Counted from the first letter of the whole stretch, positions 39,046 through 50,787 are shown. The stretch is DNA of 63,944 nucleotides, filler included, from Reticulomyxa filosa (GCA_000512085.1; 25 parts of 25 records of this genome joined end to end with filler, not necessarily neighbours in it); one strand, 5' to 3'. Translations and numbers: made by a program. The notes: generated from the letters alone by a model not told the origin.

Positions 39046-39705
39046 ATGGATAAGTTGAAAGAAGAAGTTGCCGAGCAAGAACAGCAACGAGCAAAAGTTA
39101 AATCAAAAATCCAGCAAGAGTTGAATGAACCTCAGCTTGCTCTTGACATCGCAAAGAAAAAAATTCAGTGCATTTCTAAGCTAAGTCTAATGGAAATTCG
39201 GTATTTGCGTGTAGTACCAGAGTTAATGAAGGAAACTTTGCTCGCCAGATCTTATTTATTGAATCCATTATGTGTGACTGATAAGTCTCGAGATATATCA
39301 AAGTTTATAAAAGATATGCTCGATTTTGACGTTGCAACGATAACAATGGAACAAATTAAGTACTTGGAGAGCAATTTCACCAATTGTGTGGAAATACTTA
39401 GCAGAGAGAGAGTAACTAAACTCATTGAATGTTGGATAACACGATATGAGATATTCCACGAATGTCCACAATATTTAGTAGATATCATGTTGCAATATAC
39501 ACTATTAACAAAGCTGGAGTGGAAATTTCAAAGCATTGATAGGCAAAGCAAGGTAATGGGAGCTATTGCAGACTGGATAATAGCTTGTGTTAATATTGCA
39601 AAAGTACTTCACCGAATTCAGCCACTTCAAGGTGATCTTGATCGTTTGAACGTATCTATCGCATCCAAATATGATGAACTTCAAGTTCTACAAGCAACTT
39701 CATAA
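39046..39705 (+). CDS. Stand-alone dynein heavy-chain stalk / microtubule-binding domain protein with a ~43-aa insertion
   Basis: EPQLALDIAKKKIQCISKLSLMEIRYLRVVP...FIKDMLDFDVATIT...IDRQSKVMGAIADWIIACVNIAKVLHRIQPL aligns with dynein CC1-MTBD-CC2. It has its own ATG and stop, no intron, and no AAA exons nearby. Confidence 0.8.
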   Translation: MDKLKEEVAEQEQQRAKVKSKIQQELNEPQLALDIAKKKIQCISKLSLMEIRYLRVVPELMKETLLARSYLLNPLCVTDKSRDISKFIKDMLDFDVATITMEQIKYLESNFTNCVEILSRERVTKLIECWITRYEIFHECPQYLVDIMLQYTLLTKLEWKFQSIDRQSKVMGAIADWIIACVNIAKVLHRIQPLQGDLDRLNVSIASKYDELQVLQATS

Positions 39706-40441
39706 AGTTAATCGATTCTCCACATTCTGCCAGTGGTTTTTTTTTTTTATCAAGTCATACATTGCAACATGCACAAAAGATATTTGAGCTATGACCACGA
39801 CATCAAATATATTGCATGTTTTGGCAAGCTGCGAGTCAAATGCACATTTATTTGTTGTCCATTCAGAATTACTAAGCTTTTTTTTTTTTTTTTTTTGGAT
39901 AAGTGTGTGTGTTTAATATAACTCAAAGTTTATCCTTTTATTTTTGATATGATCAAAAAATTTTCTTTGTATTACAGATACAGATTGCGTATCCAAGTGT
40001 GCAAAGATTAGAGATTATGATCATAACTGACAAAAAAAAAAAAAAAAAACGAACGGTCAAAGTGAAATAAAGTTGACATCGACATATGTATCAAACAAGT
40101 TCATAACAAAAGTGATAGCAAAAAAGTTACAAATCGATAATAGGGAAAACAACCATTAATTAGTTTTTTTTTTTTTTTTTTGTGAGAAATCAATCAACTC
40201 TCTCATTTGGAGAGGAAGGGCAAGAATGCTCTGATTCATTTTCATAGGAGGAAAAAAACAATCAAAAATGACAAAATTAAAAATAATAGTGTGAGAAAAT
40301 GTTTTACTTTTTCTTCCACTTGCAAGAGGACAGCAGCACATGTCTGGAGTTATGGGTTCGTCTTGCTTCATTGTTTTTGCTATTTTACCAAACAATGGCA
40401 CAACAAAAAATAAAAAGAAAAGACCCATGTCTTTTTTAAAA

Positions 40442-40708
40442 TTAAACTGGTGTTTTGCTTGTAGACAATTTTTTGGAGTAGTCCACAGCACTGTCATTGT
40501 CGTTAGTAATAAGACTTTCCATTGATCTGACAAAGGCATGAAGCAATCGGATTTGACTCTTGTCGCCTTTTTTGGGTTGCAACATCTTTTCTACAGTGGC
40601 AGCAAACACCTCTCCTTCGTTCACAGCAATCCTAATTAATTCGTGTCGTTGGGCTTCGTCTAAACTTAAGAACCATTCTTTCAATGACACATCCTCTTTT
40701 GTTGCCAT
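40442..40708 (-). CDS. Small (88-aa) helical hypothetical protein
   Basis: Clean ATG-to-stop ORF (MATKEDVSLKEWFLSLDEAQRHELIRIAV...) with coding-like composition. Confidence 0.5.
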   Translation of the reverse strand: MATKEDVSLKEWFLSLDEAQRHELIRIAVNEGEVFAATVEKMLQPKKGDKSQIRLLHAFVRSMESLITNDNDSAVDYSKKLSTSKTPV

Positions 40709-41061
40709 TATTTTAAGATTCAGCACTATGCTGTTGTTTTCCCGGAAACTGTAAAGTTCTTCTAAAAAAACCAGCATATTGTAAAAGAATTTTACCTATT
40801 GTGGTTGAGATTATTGTAAAAGGAATTAATTTCTTTGAGTACTGCAAATTAAATTTTAATAGATATATTCCGACAAAGAAAGCGTACTTTCCAGCAAAAG
40901 AAAATTTATAGTGGCTGATTAAAAAAAGTGATAGGAAAGTGCTCGCAGTAATAAATAATATAACTTTCATTTTTTTTTTTCCTTTTTTCCTTCTCTTAAC
41001 ATGTAAATGCGCACAAGACGGTTGCGTTGTAAAGAGTATACATGGTTTGGAGTCGCATTAC

Positions 41062-42306
41062 TTACATCAAAAAGTGCAAGACAAGAGCAGCAAAGTCGAC
41101 AGCCCAGCCAAGACTTTTCAAGTGATAGCATCGAATCCAATGTCTTAAGATGACATTGACTTCTTTTGGAGTGCACTTTTTTTTTTTGTTGTACCAAACA
41201 AACAAACAAAAACCAAAGAAGCAATAGATAACCAGCACTGAAACAAACAAAACAAAACACAAAAAAACACCAACATGTTGACATTTAAAAATGAAATGAG
41301 TGTTTAAATGTTGGCCTTTGGTGTCTTGTCCTCCGATCAAATGGAAAACAGGTTCTCCAACTCGAGCGACAGCAACCGATCCGTTAATGGACAGAGGTAT
41401 TTTATGAGGGTATCTGGTCCACGTTTTGCAGTGCACATGAAATACATGGACGTCATCAGAGGACGTCCTCCAGCTGCCAGAGTAGCCCCCGAGCACAATG
41501 AGTTGGGGTTCGAGGAACACATACGTATAACGTTGTTGCATAAGCACAGAGTGGAAGGACTCGGTTTTTTGTTCATCGAACGTAAACCGGTTTGCACTTT
41601 GGTCATATCGGAACGTATACATGTTCCCATCATGGAGCAGCAAAAAATGATTGGGTGCCAATAATACAAGTCCATGGAAGTGCAACTCGGACACAGGCAA
41701 ATGACTATCTTGCACATGTTGCACAAAGGAAAACGAGCGTAAATCAATAATGTCAATGTTATGTGGTGGGTGTGTGACAAACAATAAGTTATTGTTTTCA
41801 CCACTTACCAAACCACGTGCATCTGTCCAGTCTTTGTTTTTATCATTGCTTTGCTTTGATTCGACAATGATCCATTCATTGAATCTCTCACCCTCTCTTG
41901 CACATGTGCCCACACTTTTCCACACACTTTGGTACCTCAGCACCAACATATGCGTCGCTGTCCATTCCCCATCTCCTCCCAATGACACCAATGTTGTGTA
42001 CCTCTTTGCTGTCTGCTCTTCGCATTTTATGACACTGTGTCCATCCAACTCCACCTCTATCGGGTATGCACATACCTCTTTGTATTGACGCTTTGTCACG
42101 TGGTAGGAATAACATTTGCTCATAAAGTATCCTCCACAGATCAGAATTTCGTCTTCTACCGACACGCATTGCCCCAGCCAGAGCTCCGTTGGCAACGGTG
42201 GCAGTGTCGCCACTATTAAAGGATTCTCCAATGTACTTTCACTCGTCATGTCAGGCAACTCCAGACGTTTCATTCTGTCTTCTTCAGCTTCATTTTGATT
42301 TAACAT
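41062..42306 (-). CDS. Kelch-repeat beta-propeller protein with C-terminal HWIR-LGW motif (2 exons)
   Basis: Kelch GG motifs (ILICGG..CYSY, LVSLGG, LIVLGGYSG, FHLIGG). A 99-nt GT-AG intron at 41176-41274. The last exon encodes CTPKEVNVILRHWIRCYHLKSLGWAVDFAALVLHFLM*. Confidence 0.9.
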   Translation of the reverse strand: MLNQNEAEEDRMKRLELPDMTSESTLENPLIVATLPPLPTELWLGQCVSVEDEILICGGYFMSKCYSYHVTKRQYKEVCAYPIEVELDGHSVIKCEEQTAKRYTTLVSLGGDGEWTATHMLVLRYQSVWKSVGTCAREGERFNEWIIVESKQSNDKNKDWTDARGLVSGENNNLLFVTHPPHNIDIIDLRSFSFVQHVQDSHLPVSELHFHGLVLLAPNHFLLLHDGNMYTFRYDQSANRFTFDEQKTESFHSVLMQQRYTYVFLEPQLIVLGGYSGSWRTSSDDVHVFHVHCKTWTRYPHKIPLSINGSVAVARVGEPVFHLIGGQDTKGQHLNTHFIFKCQHVGVFLCFVLFVSVLVIYCFFGFCLFVWYNKKKKCTPKEVNVILRHWIRCYHLKSLGWAVDFAALVLHFLM

Positions 42307-42627
42307 TTTTTTTTTTTAATAATATCTGAATTCTAACACTGTCTCTCACGGCTGAAAGAAACTAAAAAAACTGCAGTCGGAGAAAAGTAAGACTAGGTTA
42401 TTTTGCTATTGTTAGTCCGAACTAGACTAAAAATTCCTCAGTATAAGTTATCATTTTTACCGTCTTATTTGTAATTGAATTCTTTGTTCAAAATTGGTTT
42501 TGTCGTTGCTGTGCACTTTGTTTTAGAAAAGAGTACTTTTAACAGTTTTTCTTGAACCAAAAAATACCTATTCAAAACCAACAGTACGTCTTGAACACTT
42601 ACAATATCCCTGTTATATGGGTTCAGA

Positions 42628-43342
42628 TGTCTGTGGATAAGAAAAAGAAAAAAGATAAGCCACGGTCATCATTTGATTATCTTCGAAGTGTTGCCACAGC
42701 ACAAGCGTTTTTGGGCACAATTGAGGCCAAGAAACACGACTACACAATAATTTACCACAGTTTGGGGGGGGGGGGTTGTTTTTATCCCTCTACACAAAAT
42801 GGGGGGTCACAAGTCACTAAAACTCAAAATAGGGGAGGGGAGGAACAAGAGTTTTGCACTGACTAAATACCGAAGCAAAAAAAAAAATTGGAGGTAAAAA
42901 AAAAAAAAAGAAAGAAAAAAGACGACAACATATGAAAATAGATCGTAGTCGTACATTATGCGAAACCCCGCGAGGTCAGAAGGCAATTTCAACACGAATA
43001 TCGACAACACAACATAATCATTTTTTAATAAGCAGAGGTAATAGTAATGGAGACAAGCAACGAGCAAATGGTACAGACGACGGACACATAGGAAGCCAAA
43101 GTGCAACCAGACACAAGAGCAACAGTGTGAAATCACTATCAACCAAACAAGTGAACATTGCATTTGACTTTGAAAAGAGTGATCCTCCGGCTACCAATCT
43201 CGCCAGACCAAGTATCAAGCAAGACTATCCCACAAAAATACTTGCCCATCGACCTGCATGTAGCACCGCATTTACACCGGAGGATTCGAGTGATGATCAG
43301 AGTTCTTCTCATTGTCCAAACTATCCATCCGATTCCGACAAG
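42628..43342 (+). CDS. Hypothetical protein, 5' exons
   Basis: MSVDKKKKKDKPRSSFDYLRS...TIIYH splices (phase 1) into NRSRTLCETPRG... Low complexity, truncated by the linker. Confidence 0.45.
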
Positions 43343-43568
43343 GGTTTGTTTGTTTTTTTTTTTTTTTTTTAAACATGCTCCTCCCCCTTTTCCCCCTTTC
43401 CACTTGTTCTTCTTCGCTGTTCCCAAAAATTTCTTTCTTTTTTCTTTTCTTTTTTTTTTTTTTTTTTTNNNNNNNNNNNNNNNNNNNNNNNNNNNNNNNN
43501 NNNNNNNNNNNNTTAATTAATTAANNNNNNNNNNNNNNNNNNNNNNNNNNNNNNNNNNNNNNNNNNNN

Positions 43569-43608
<40 letters not shown>

Positions 43609-43663
43609 TCAAAAAATATAATAATTTTTTTTTAAAAAAAAAAATTATTATATTTTAATGAAG

Positions 43664-44626
43664 GTATGGAGGGAGGGATAGTACTGAATAAAACGATGGA
43701 CTCATTAATTGGTTTGCTGTCCCTTCCGATGTCATTCAAACAGAGAAGCGGAAAGGAGAGTCCCTTGAAAATGCTTTCGTGCGAAGATGCAAATACAAAG
43801 AAGGAGGGACCTCCGTTTCTAAGCGAAAAAGACATCGACACGTTCAATATTATCAACACCGCAAGCCTGTGCACGATTTTCCCCTTGCACTTGATTTTCG
43901 AACATTGGCTTTGGCCGTTGCTCCACTATCGAATCAGATATCAGCGACCGCAACAGAGTCTGTCGATTGGCAAGGACTGGACTTGGACACAAACGCGACT
44001 ACACTTTGACTCAATGAAGTGTCTTCGAACCCCTGTCAATCCCTTTGTTGATTGCACCGATGCAACGGACCACAGGATGGCCAAGTATATTGTTCCTATT
44101 ATTATTGGCTCCAGTTGGGGGTCAGGTTAGTTACTCACTCTATTTTTTTTATTTGTTAACAAAAAAAAAAAAAAAATTATACGTACATATATAGGAGTAA
44201 TAATTGCAAGAGGGGGACATATATTGACGAATGCTCACACGATACAATCGTACTTGGTGAACGGCAACGCAAAAGACCCGAAAGATCGAATCCGATTGCG
44301 AGATGGCCTTTGGGTGAGAGTTGGTCTCCACAGTAAGAAGTATCCCCCTTCGAATCTCCAGGTCGACGATCGCACTTGGTTCCACGCGGAACTCAAATAC
44401 ATAAGTACAAGTTCGGGACCGTGGGACCTGGCCTGGCTCCAAATCTCGCCCACAAATCAAAGGTATCCGGACATGCACTTGGAATGGCTCGACCTCCCTG
44501 GAATCACTTTGCCGTCCAAACATCTCTTCCACCGAATCGTGTCAAACTATTACTCCACCAATGTCTTTGCCATTGGCTTTCCTTTATTCACTCCTGAATT
44601 GGGTCTTCGAAGGATCTTAAGCACCG
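43664..44626 (+). CDS. TYSND1: Peroxisomal processing protease DEG15/TYSND1-like (trypsin-like), internal part
   Basis: Exons 43664-44125 and 44195-44626: GMEGG, WGSGVII...HILTNAH (catalytic His), WDLAWLQI (Asp), VFAIGFPLF. Confidence 0.82.
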
Positions 44627-46696
44627 GTAACAATAAATAAATANNNNNNNNNNNNNNNNNNNNNNNNNNNNNNNNNNNNNNNNNNNNTTAATTAATTAAN
44701 NNNNNNNNNNNNNNNNNNNNNNNNNNNNNNNNNNNNNNNNNNNGTTCCAACGTTGGAACCGAAAGGGTTTGAAAGCGTTGAGAAGAAGTTTACAAATACC
44801 TGCAAAAGCTCTAATTATTGCGTTGGTTTCTTGCTTTTTTTGTATATGTTCATATATTATTTTAAAAAATTTTGAAACACTGGTCGTTATCACTACAAAC
44901 AGGACATAGCAAGGAAGATGTGGATATATTTTTTGACAGCAAGTTATGTATCCACAAAGGGCAAAAAGTTTGTTCCAAATGAGTGTGAAAGTCTTCGAAC
45001 AATTTCTGGAGACATTCTCTAACAAAAGAGGAAAGTGGAACTCTATAGTATTTCATAAACGTCATCCATAATCTTACTACACGAACAAAGGGATGAATTA
45101 AAATTGTGCATCCACTTCGTGTTCTTTTTACTATTTTGTTTTTGCTTTTTTAAAATTTTATTGTTCTACCTTTGCTGTTATTGCTAGTAGAATGAAGTTG
45201 TTCACTGATTTTTTTCTTCATTAATCTAAGACACGCTATGCGTATAGAGATAATTTTCCAATTGTTGAATTTCGTTAGCCAAAAGTAGCAACAGCCAAGT
45301 AACTCTCAACTGACGAGACATTGGCTTTTTTAACTTTTGATTGCGCTCCTCATTGATGAAATAACTTATGAAAATGAACCAAAAAATTTCAATGAAAAAA
45401 TGCATGATTCTGTATTTTTCATTGAAATTGTTTTTTTCAAGGATACTTTATACAGTTTTTAACTTTACATAATATTTTCTTCTCTTTTTTTGTAAGTGTG
45501 CATCTTTTATTCCGATGCTGAGTACTTCAATTGCATCGAGCATTAAATACTTCTCCTCTGAAGACACTAGGTGTTCAGCTACACCGTTAACAGTATGGTG
45601 TATGTTATCCGCACTACTTTTCGGTAAGTATTTTTTTAAATATTCGTTGATATGCATTTGTATCGTCATTGGATTTAACTCGCTCTGAACACCTTTTCGT
45701 TATCAAGCATCTACGTCAAATCAATCTATATCTTCGATATCTTGTAAAAATCAGATTCGATTGCTAGTTAGGCCATTGAACACAGACATTGTATATCTCT
45801 TTGATCCCTCTTTTTACTTAGTTAATTTATTAAAATGAAAAGTTTCTCATCATTTTTTCAAAAGTTTTTCATAATAAAAATTAAATATTTATCTCATTTT
45901 TCTCATCTAAACAAGCCATTACCATTATTTCTAATATGTTGGTAATGTTTCCACTTGTTAAAAAAATTGACAAATTTTCAATTATTATGTGTTATCTTTG
46001 CATGAGGATATTTCATAAAGAACTAATTGTTAGAGTAAAAATAATTATATAAAAATTTTTTGATATTGTAAATAATAATAAAAATATTCTTGCTCAAAGC
46101 ATTTTGCAAGATATATCATCATAAAAGAACAACACACTTTCAACCCAAAAATCGTTATCATTAAAAAAAAAAAAAGACTTCCAAGACGGAGGCAATAAAC
46201 CTCGGATGAACTCAAAAAGCTTCGGATGATTGCATACAGTATTCATTTTTCAAAACTTTTCTTTAACCATAAGGTCACTCAAATGCTGTAAATATGGATT
46301 ATTGTGTTGTCATACATTCATGACATGACCGCTTTTTATTAGGGATTGTTCACGGGCAAAGGGTTCTTGACCAAAAAAAATCCTTTTTTTAGGGCTAAAA
46401 GCCTGCTGGAGAAGCCAAGAGCGGTTGTGATTGAAAGCGGTGATCATGGATAATGGCATCCAACAAAATTGAGCTCCAAGAAATATTTCAAATTTGGAGT
46501 TATAATCGGATTGGAAATACATCCATATAGGAACGTAGAAGTTCATGCATTGTACAGGCCAATCCTACATTATGTTCATTGGAAGTGACGAATTTGNNNN
46601 NNNNNNNNNNNNNNNNNNNNNNNNNNNNNNNNNNNNNNNNTTAATTAATTAANNNNNNNNNNNNNNNNNNNNNNNNNNNNNNNNNNNNNNNNNNNN

Positions 46697-46779
46697 AAAA
46701 AAAGGGCAATAATGAGCGTGCTTATGATATTAAGCTATGCTATGGTTTAAAAAATGGTTCTATTCGTATTTTGGGGTAG
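46697..46779 (+). CDS. 3' end of another WD40-family gene
   Basis: KKGNNERAYDIKLCYGLKNGSIRILG* matches the family C-terminus (NLFYGSQRGCICIWG*) of the gene at 62434-63827. Confidence 0.65.
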
Positions 46780-47984
46780 TATCTTTTTTCATGCAAAAAA
46801 ATTTGTTTTTGAGATATTTGGTTCTTTTGAAATGAAGAAAATTTTTCCCAACTGAACAATGCAAATATTGTAAAATTTCCATACTTTGTTCAGCCTTTCA
46901 TTAAAATAAAGTCTTCACATCAGCAAAAGAGAAGAATTGAAAGTATGTTGTTATGTCTCTAATTGCTGATCTTTTCGATAATGTAGTCATCATTACGTTT
47001 TCAATAAAATATGTTTTCATGTTTTTTGAATTATGTTGCTATTATTTTTGAAAAAAAGGCACCATTGATCAACTTATGCGTTTTGAAATATAAAGATATT
47101 ATTATATGTTTAAGTAAAAATATCTTGTCAATTTGCTTTTGAAAAAAGACTCGTTCAATTCTTATGAATAAATTTTTTGTTTAAATTTACTAAGATTTTT
47201 TTAAGTTAAAGACATTGACAAAATTTGTTTTGATTTCAATTTAAGATTATTTATTTTAAAATTTGGAATGTTGTTTGATTTTTTTTTTCTTTCTAATAAA
47301 AAAAAAGAACAATTCATTTATTAATTTATGAATAAGTCACTTGATGTTTCAAACGGATGAAAAAAAGTAATTATTGACAACTCTATTTTTTTGTATATCG
47401 AGTAAGTGGAAAGAATATTATTTTTTATTGTTTTGCACAAATTGTGATAATAGCGTCGTTTCGTTTTTATAATGGATACCATTCACTTCAGTTCTAAAAA
47501 TGGCAAAACAAGATGTTCAAAAATTTATAGATCGAGTATTTGTTGATTTTAACTTCGTACAAATGAAAAACAATAGTAGATTGATTATTTATTTTTGTGC
47601 GGCGAAGATGGAAATATACTGTTGGCAAGAAATGGAAAACATGTATCAATTGATAAAATGCAATTATCGTTTAATTAGTGTACATAAATTGCTGTGACAG
47701 GACTATAGTAATAGACAAGCAATTTTCAATACATAGCAGTCGCCTTTACGATTCACCTTTTTTTTGCTCAGTTTTCTGTCGTTTTATTCCTTAACAAAAG
47801 CGTGATAAAGTTCATACACGATTATTTGCTTAAGTTAGTATTCTTTTGACATGCTATTATATGAAACAAAATTGCCAATACAAATCTTTTTTAGTTTGAA
47901 AATGTAAATTTTTCATCTTGTAAACATTCGCTTCGTATTTATTGTCCTAATTGCAAACTTTCAAATTTTTTCCGAAATTGAGAA

Positions 47985-50197
47985 TTGAAAAATGTAGTTT
48001 AAGTCTTATCAGTTGCAGTGTTTATATTCTTTTAAAAAATAATATTATAAAAAGTGTGATGAATGTGAGTTAATCAGAGTATAAATAAAAATTCAAAATT
48101 GATATTATTTCGTAAAAATGTCTCCAATTGTTGCCGAAGTCAAGGGCATTCGATATATATATTTTTTATTTTTTTTCATTATAATCACTATTGATCATCA
48201 ATAGAAAAATTTCATATTTATACACTTTTCATTTTACGTGAGTGACACTTCTTTTTTTTTTTGAAGATATATTTTATGCCATAATAATGAATATCTGAAA
48301 TTATTTCTTGAAGTTGTTTGTTCTACAAAATATTGATGACAATTTTTCAATAAAAAAAAAGCATTTTTAAAGTAAATTTTTGAAACACTTTTTTGTTGTG
48401 TCATAACAAACGAGACAGTAAAAATTGTTTGCAATATTAATCAGTAAATGTCAATACACATTTTGTAGCTGTACTTCACTTTGGTGATTTATTGTTGAGT
48501 AAAAAAAATTTGTTATAATGCCTTCATTTGCATATGTTTTTGGAGAAAAGATACAGACGTAGGAGTCTTCATTACTTGACAGTCAGGCTTTGCTTTGTTA
48601 TTGATTTGTCAAGAAAAATATATATGCATATTATCAAATTGCGCAATATGGCATAGTTTCAAATTGAGAAAAAATTGTAAGCTTTATGTTCTGTCAGATT
48701 CATAACAATAGCTTTATTGATAATAACAGACAATACCCTTTTACTGTTGGAGACGCGTCAAATAGTATTCAGTTTCAAGCACTTTGTGACATGTGATTTT
48801 TGTAAGATGACAGGAACATCACTTCACTCTTACGGACTGATAGCTCAAAAATTTTTTAAATAATACAAGCAATAAATGATGAACATTTCAAAAAAGGAAT
48901 ACTTTTACAATGTAATCACATGCCTTATTACATTTTTTCCGACTATTTAAATCGGTACAAAAAAAATTTAGAAACATAATTTGTTTGTCAAAATTTTTAT
49001 CATTTTCTTTACTGAGTATACGAATGGTGCTGATTTTTGAGAAAATAGCTCTACATTGATGTACTACATGAAGTGGTCCTTTAGATATCTTATTATTGAA
49101 CAAACCATGAAAACACAATTAAAAAAACAGTATGAATAATCAATTAAAAAATATTGGTGCATAAAGCTTTTAAAAAATAATTTCTAGTGGCACTCACGTT
49201 GCCACCTTGAGCTGAAACTGAAACAAAGATATGATTTCTTAAAATGAAATTGCTCCAATATCTTCATTGTGCATTCTGTAATCGCGCAATGAAGGAAAAA
49301 ATGTCAAAAGTGAAGTGCAAGTTTATTTATTAAATCTGTTTTGTCATTTTTTCCAATTCTTTAATTCATCAAATGCACAAACGTCATATTTTTCCTTTAT
49401 ATTACGCTACTTTTTTTCATTGACTGTCTTTTGCACTAATCTTTTTCTAAATTGTGAATATTTTTGTCATTTCATTGAATGAAAATATATTGTTATAAGC
49501 TATTCCTTTTCTTCCATAATTGTTGTTTGATGTTTTTGGGCGTTCATTGATTTTTTTGGGGTAATGATGCACGAAGACAGCACGTACAACTTTTTCAAGT
49601 TAAAGAAATATTTCGTCAAAAAACTGACACATTTTTTTGTCAGATTCACATTGAGAAAAAACTTATCTCTCGGCTAAATAGATCACTTGGCATGAACCAA
49701 AATGTGTAAGTAACTAAGATATCCTTCATAATTATACAATCGCAAAATGAAAAAAAGCTACGAATTCCAGATTATATGTTGGCATGCAAATTCTAATTGT
49801 TTGACTTTATTTTACTTAGTTTGGAAAAATGCTAAACAGAAATCTCTATTATTATTATTCTGTCATGCAAAACGTGTTATCACAAACAAAAACAATTTTC
49901 TTAAAAATATTTGTAAAAATTTCAAAAAAAGAAGTGTCACTCACGTAAAATGAAAAGGGTATAAATATGAAATTTTTCTATTGACGATCAATAGTGATTA
50001 TAATGAAAAAAAATAAAAAAAATATATATCGAATGCTCTTGACTTCGGCAACAATTGGAGACATTTTTACGAAATAATATCAATTTTGAATTTTTATTTA
50101 TACTCTGATTAACTCACATTCATCACACTTTTTATAATATTATTTTTTAAAAGAATATAAACACTGCAACTGATAAGACTTAAACTACATTTTTCAA
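47985..50197. repeat. Long inverted repeat (arms ~47985-48265 and 49921-50197) around a ~1.65-kb non-coding spacer
   Basis: The arms are reverse complements over ~280 bp, with at least 3 substitutions plus homopolymer-length differences. The right arm runs into the linker. Confidence 0.93.
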
Positions 50198-50319
50198 NNN
50201 NNNNNNNNNNNNNNNNNNNNNNNNNNNNNNNNNNNNNNNNNTTAATTAATTAANNNNNNNNNNNNNNNNNNNNNNNNNNNNNNNNNNNNNNNNNNNNAAA
50301 TAAAAAACAAGTGTTTGTG

Positions 50320-50787
50320 TTAATCCATTTTTTCGTCGGTCGAAGATGAAACAGGCAGTTTGGGAACATTCCCAGACTGCTCGTCCACAGCAAATTCTGG
50401 AAAGCCTTGCTGTGAACTGTTTGTAGAACTGATCACAGGATGACTTGTTTCATTTTGGGTACTGGGTTCGATTTCCATTTTCTCTTTGTCGTTATCGCTT
50501 TGTTGCAAGGATTGCATTAGATTATTGTAAGGGTCGTTCACTGGGGGTGCGCCTCCAGGCACCATTAAACAGACATTGTTGCCGTTCAACAAAATAGAGT
50601 CCAATTTTGTCACTTTTTTTCCTTCCGGGGTTATCTCATACTCCGTCACGTCTTCCAGCACCATGTTCACATAGTCGTCAAAACCACGCAATATTCCTAC
50701 CATCTCCTTGTCACCTTTCATTATTATCCATATTCGCGAACCTATGCATTTATCAATCAATTCTAAAGGCAAGAGTTTGCTCGCCAT
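50320..50787 (-). CDS. LSM5: U6 snRNA-associated Sm-like protein LSm5 with C-terminal extension
   Basis: [46 protein letters not shown]...[14 protein letters not shown]. Intronless. Confidence 0.97.
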   Translation of the reverse strand: MASKLLPLELIDKCIGSRIWIIMKGDKEMVGILRGFDDYVNMVLEDVTEYEITPEGKKVTKLDSILLNGNNVCLMVPGGAPPVNDPYNNLMQSLQQSDNDKEKMEIEPSTQNETSHPVISSTNSSQQGFPEFAVDEQSGNVPKLPVSSSTDEKMD

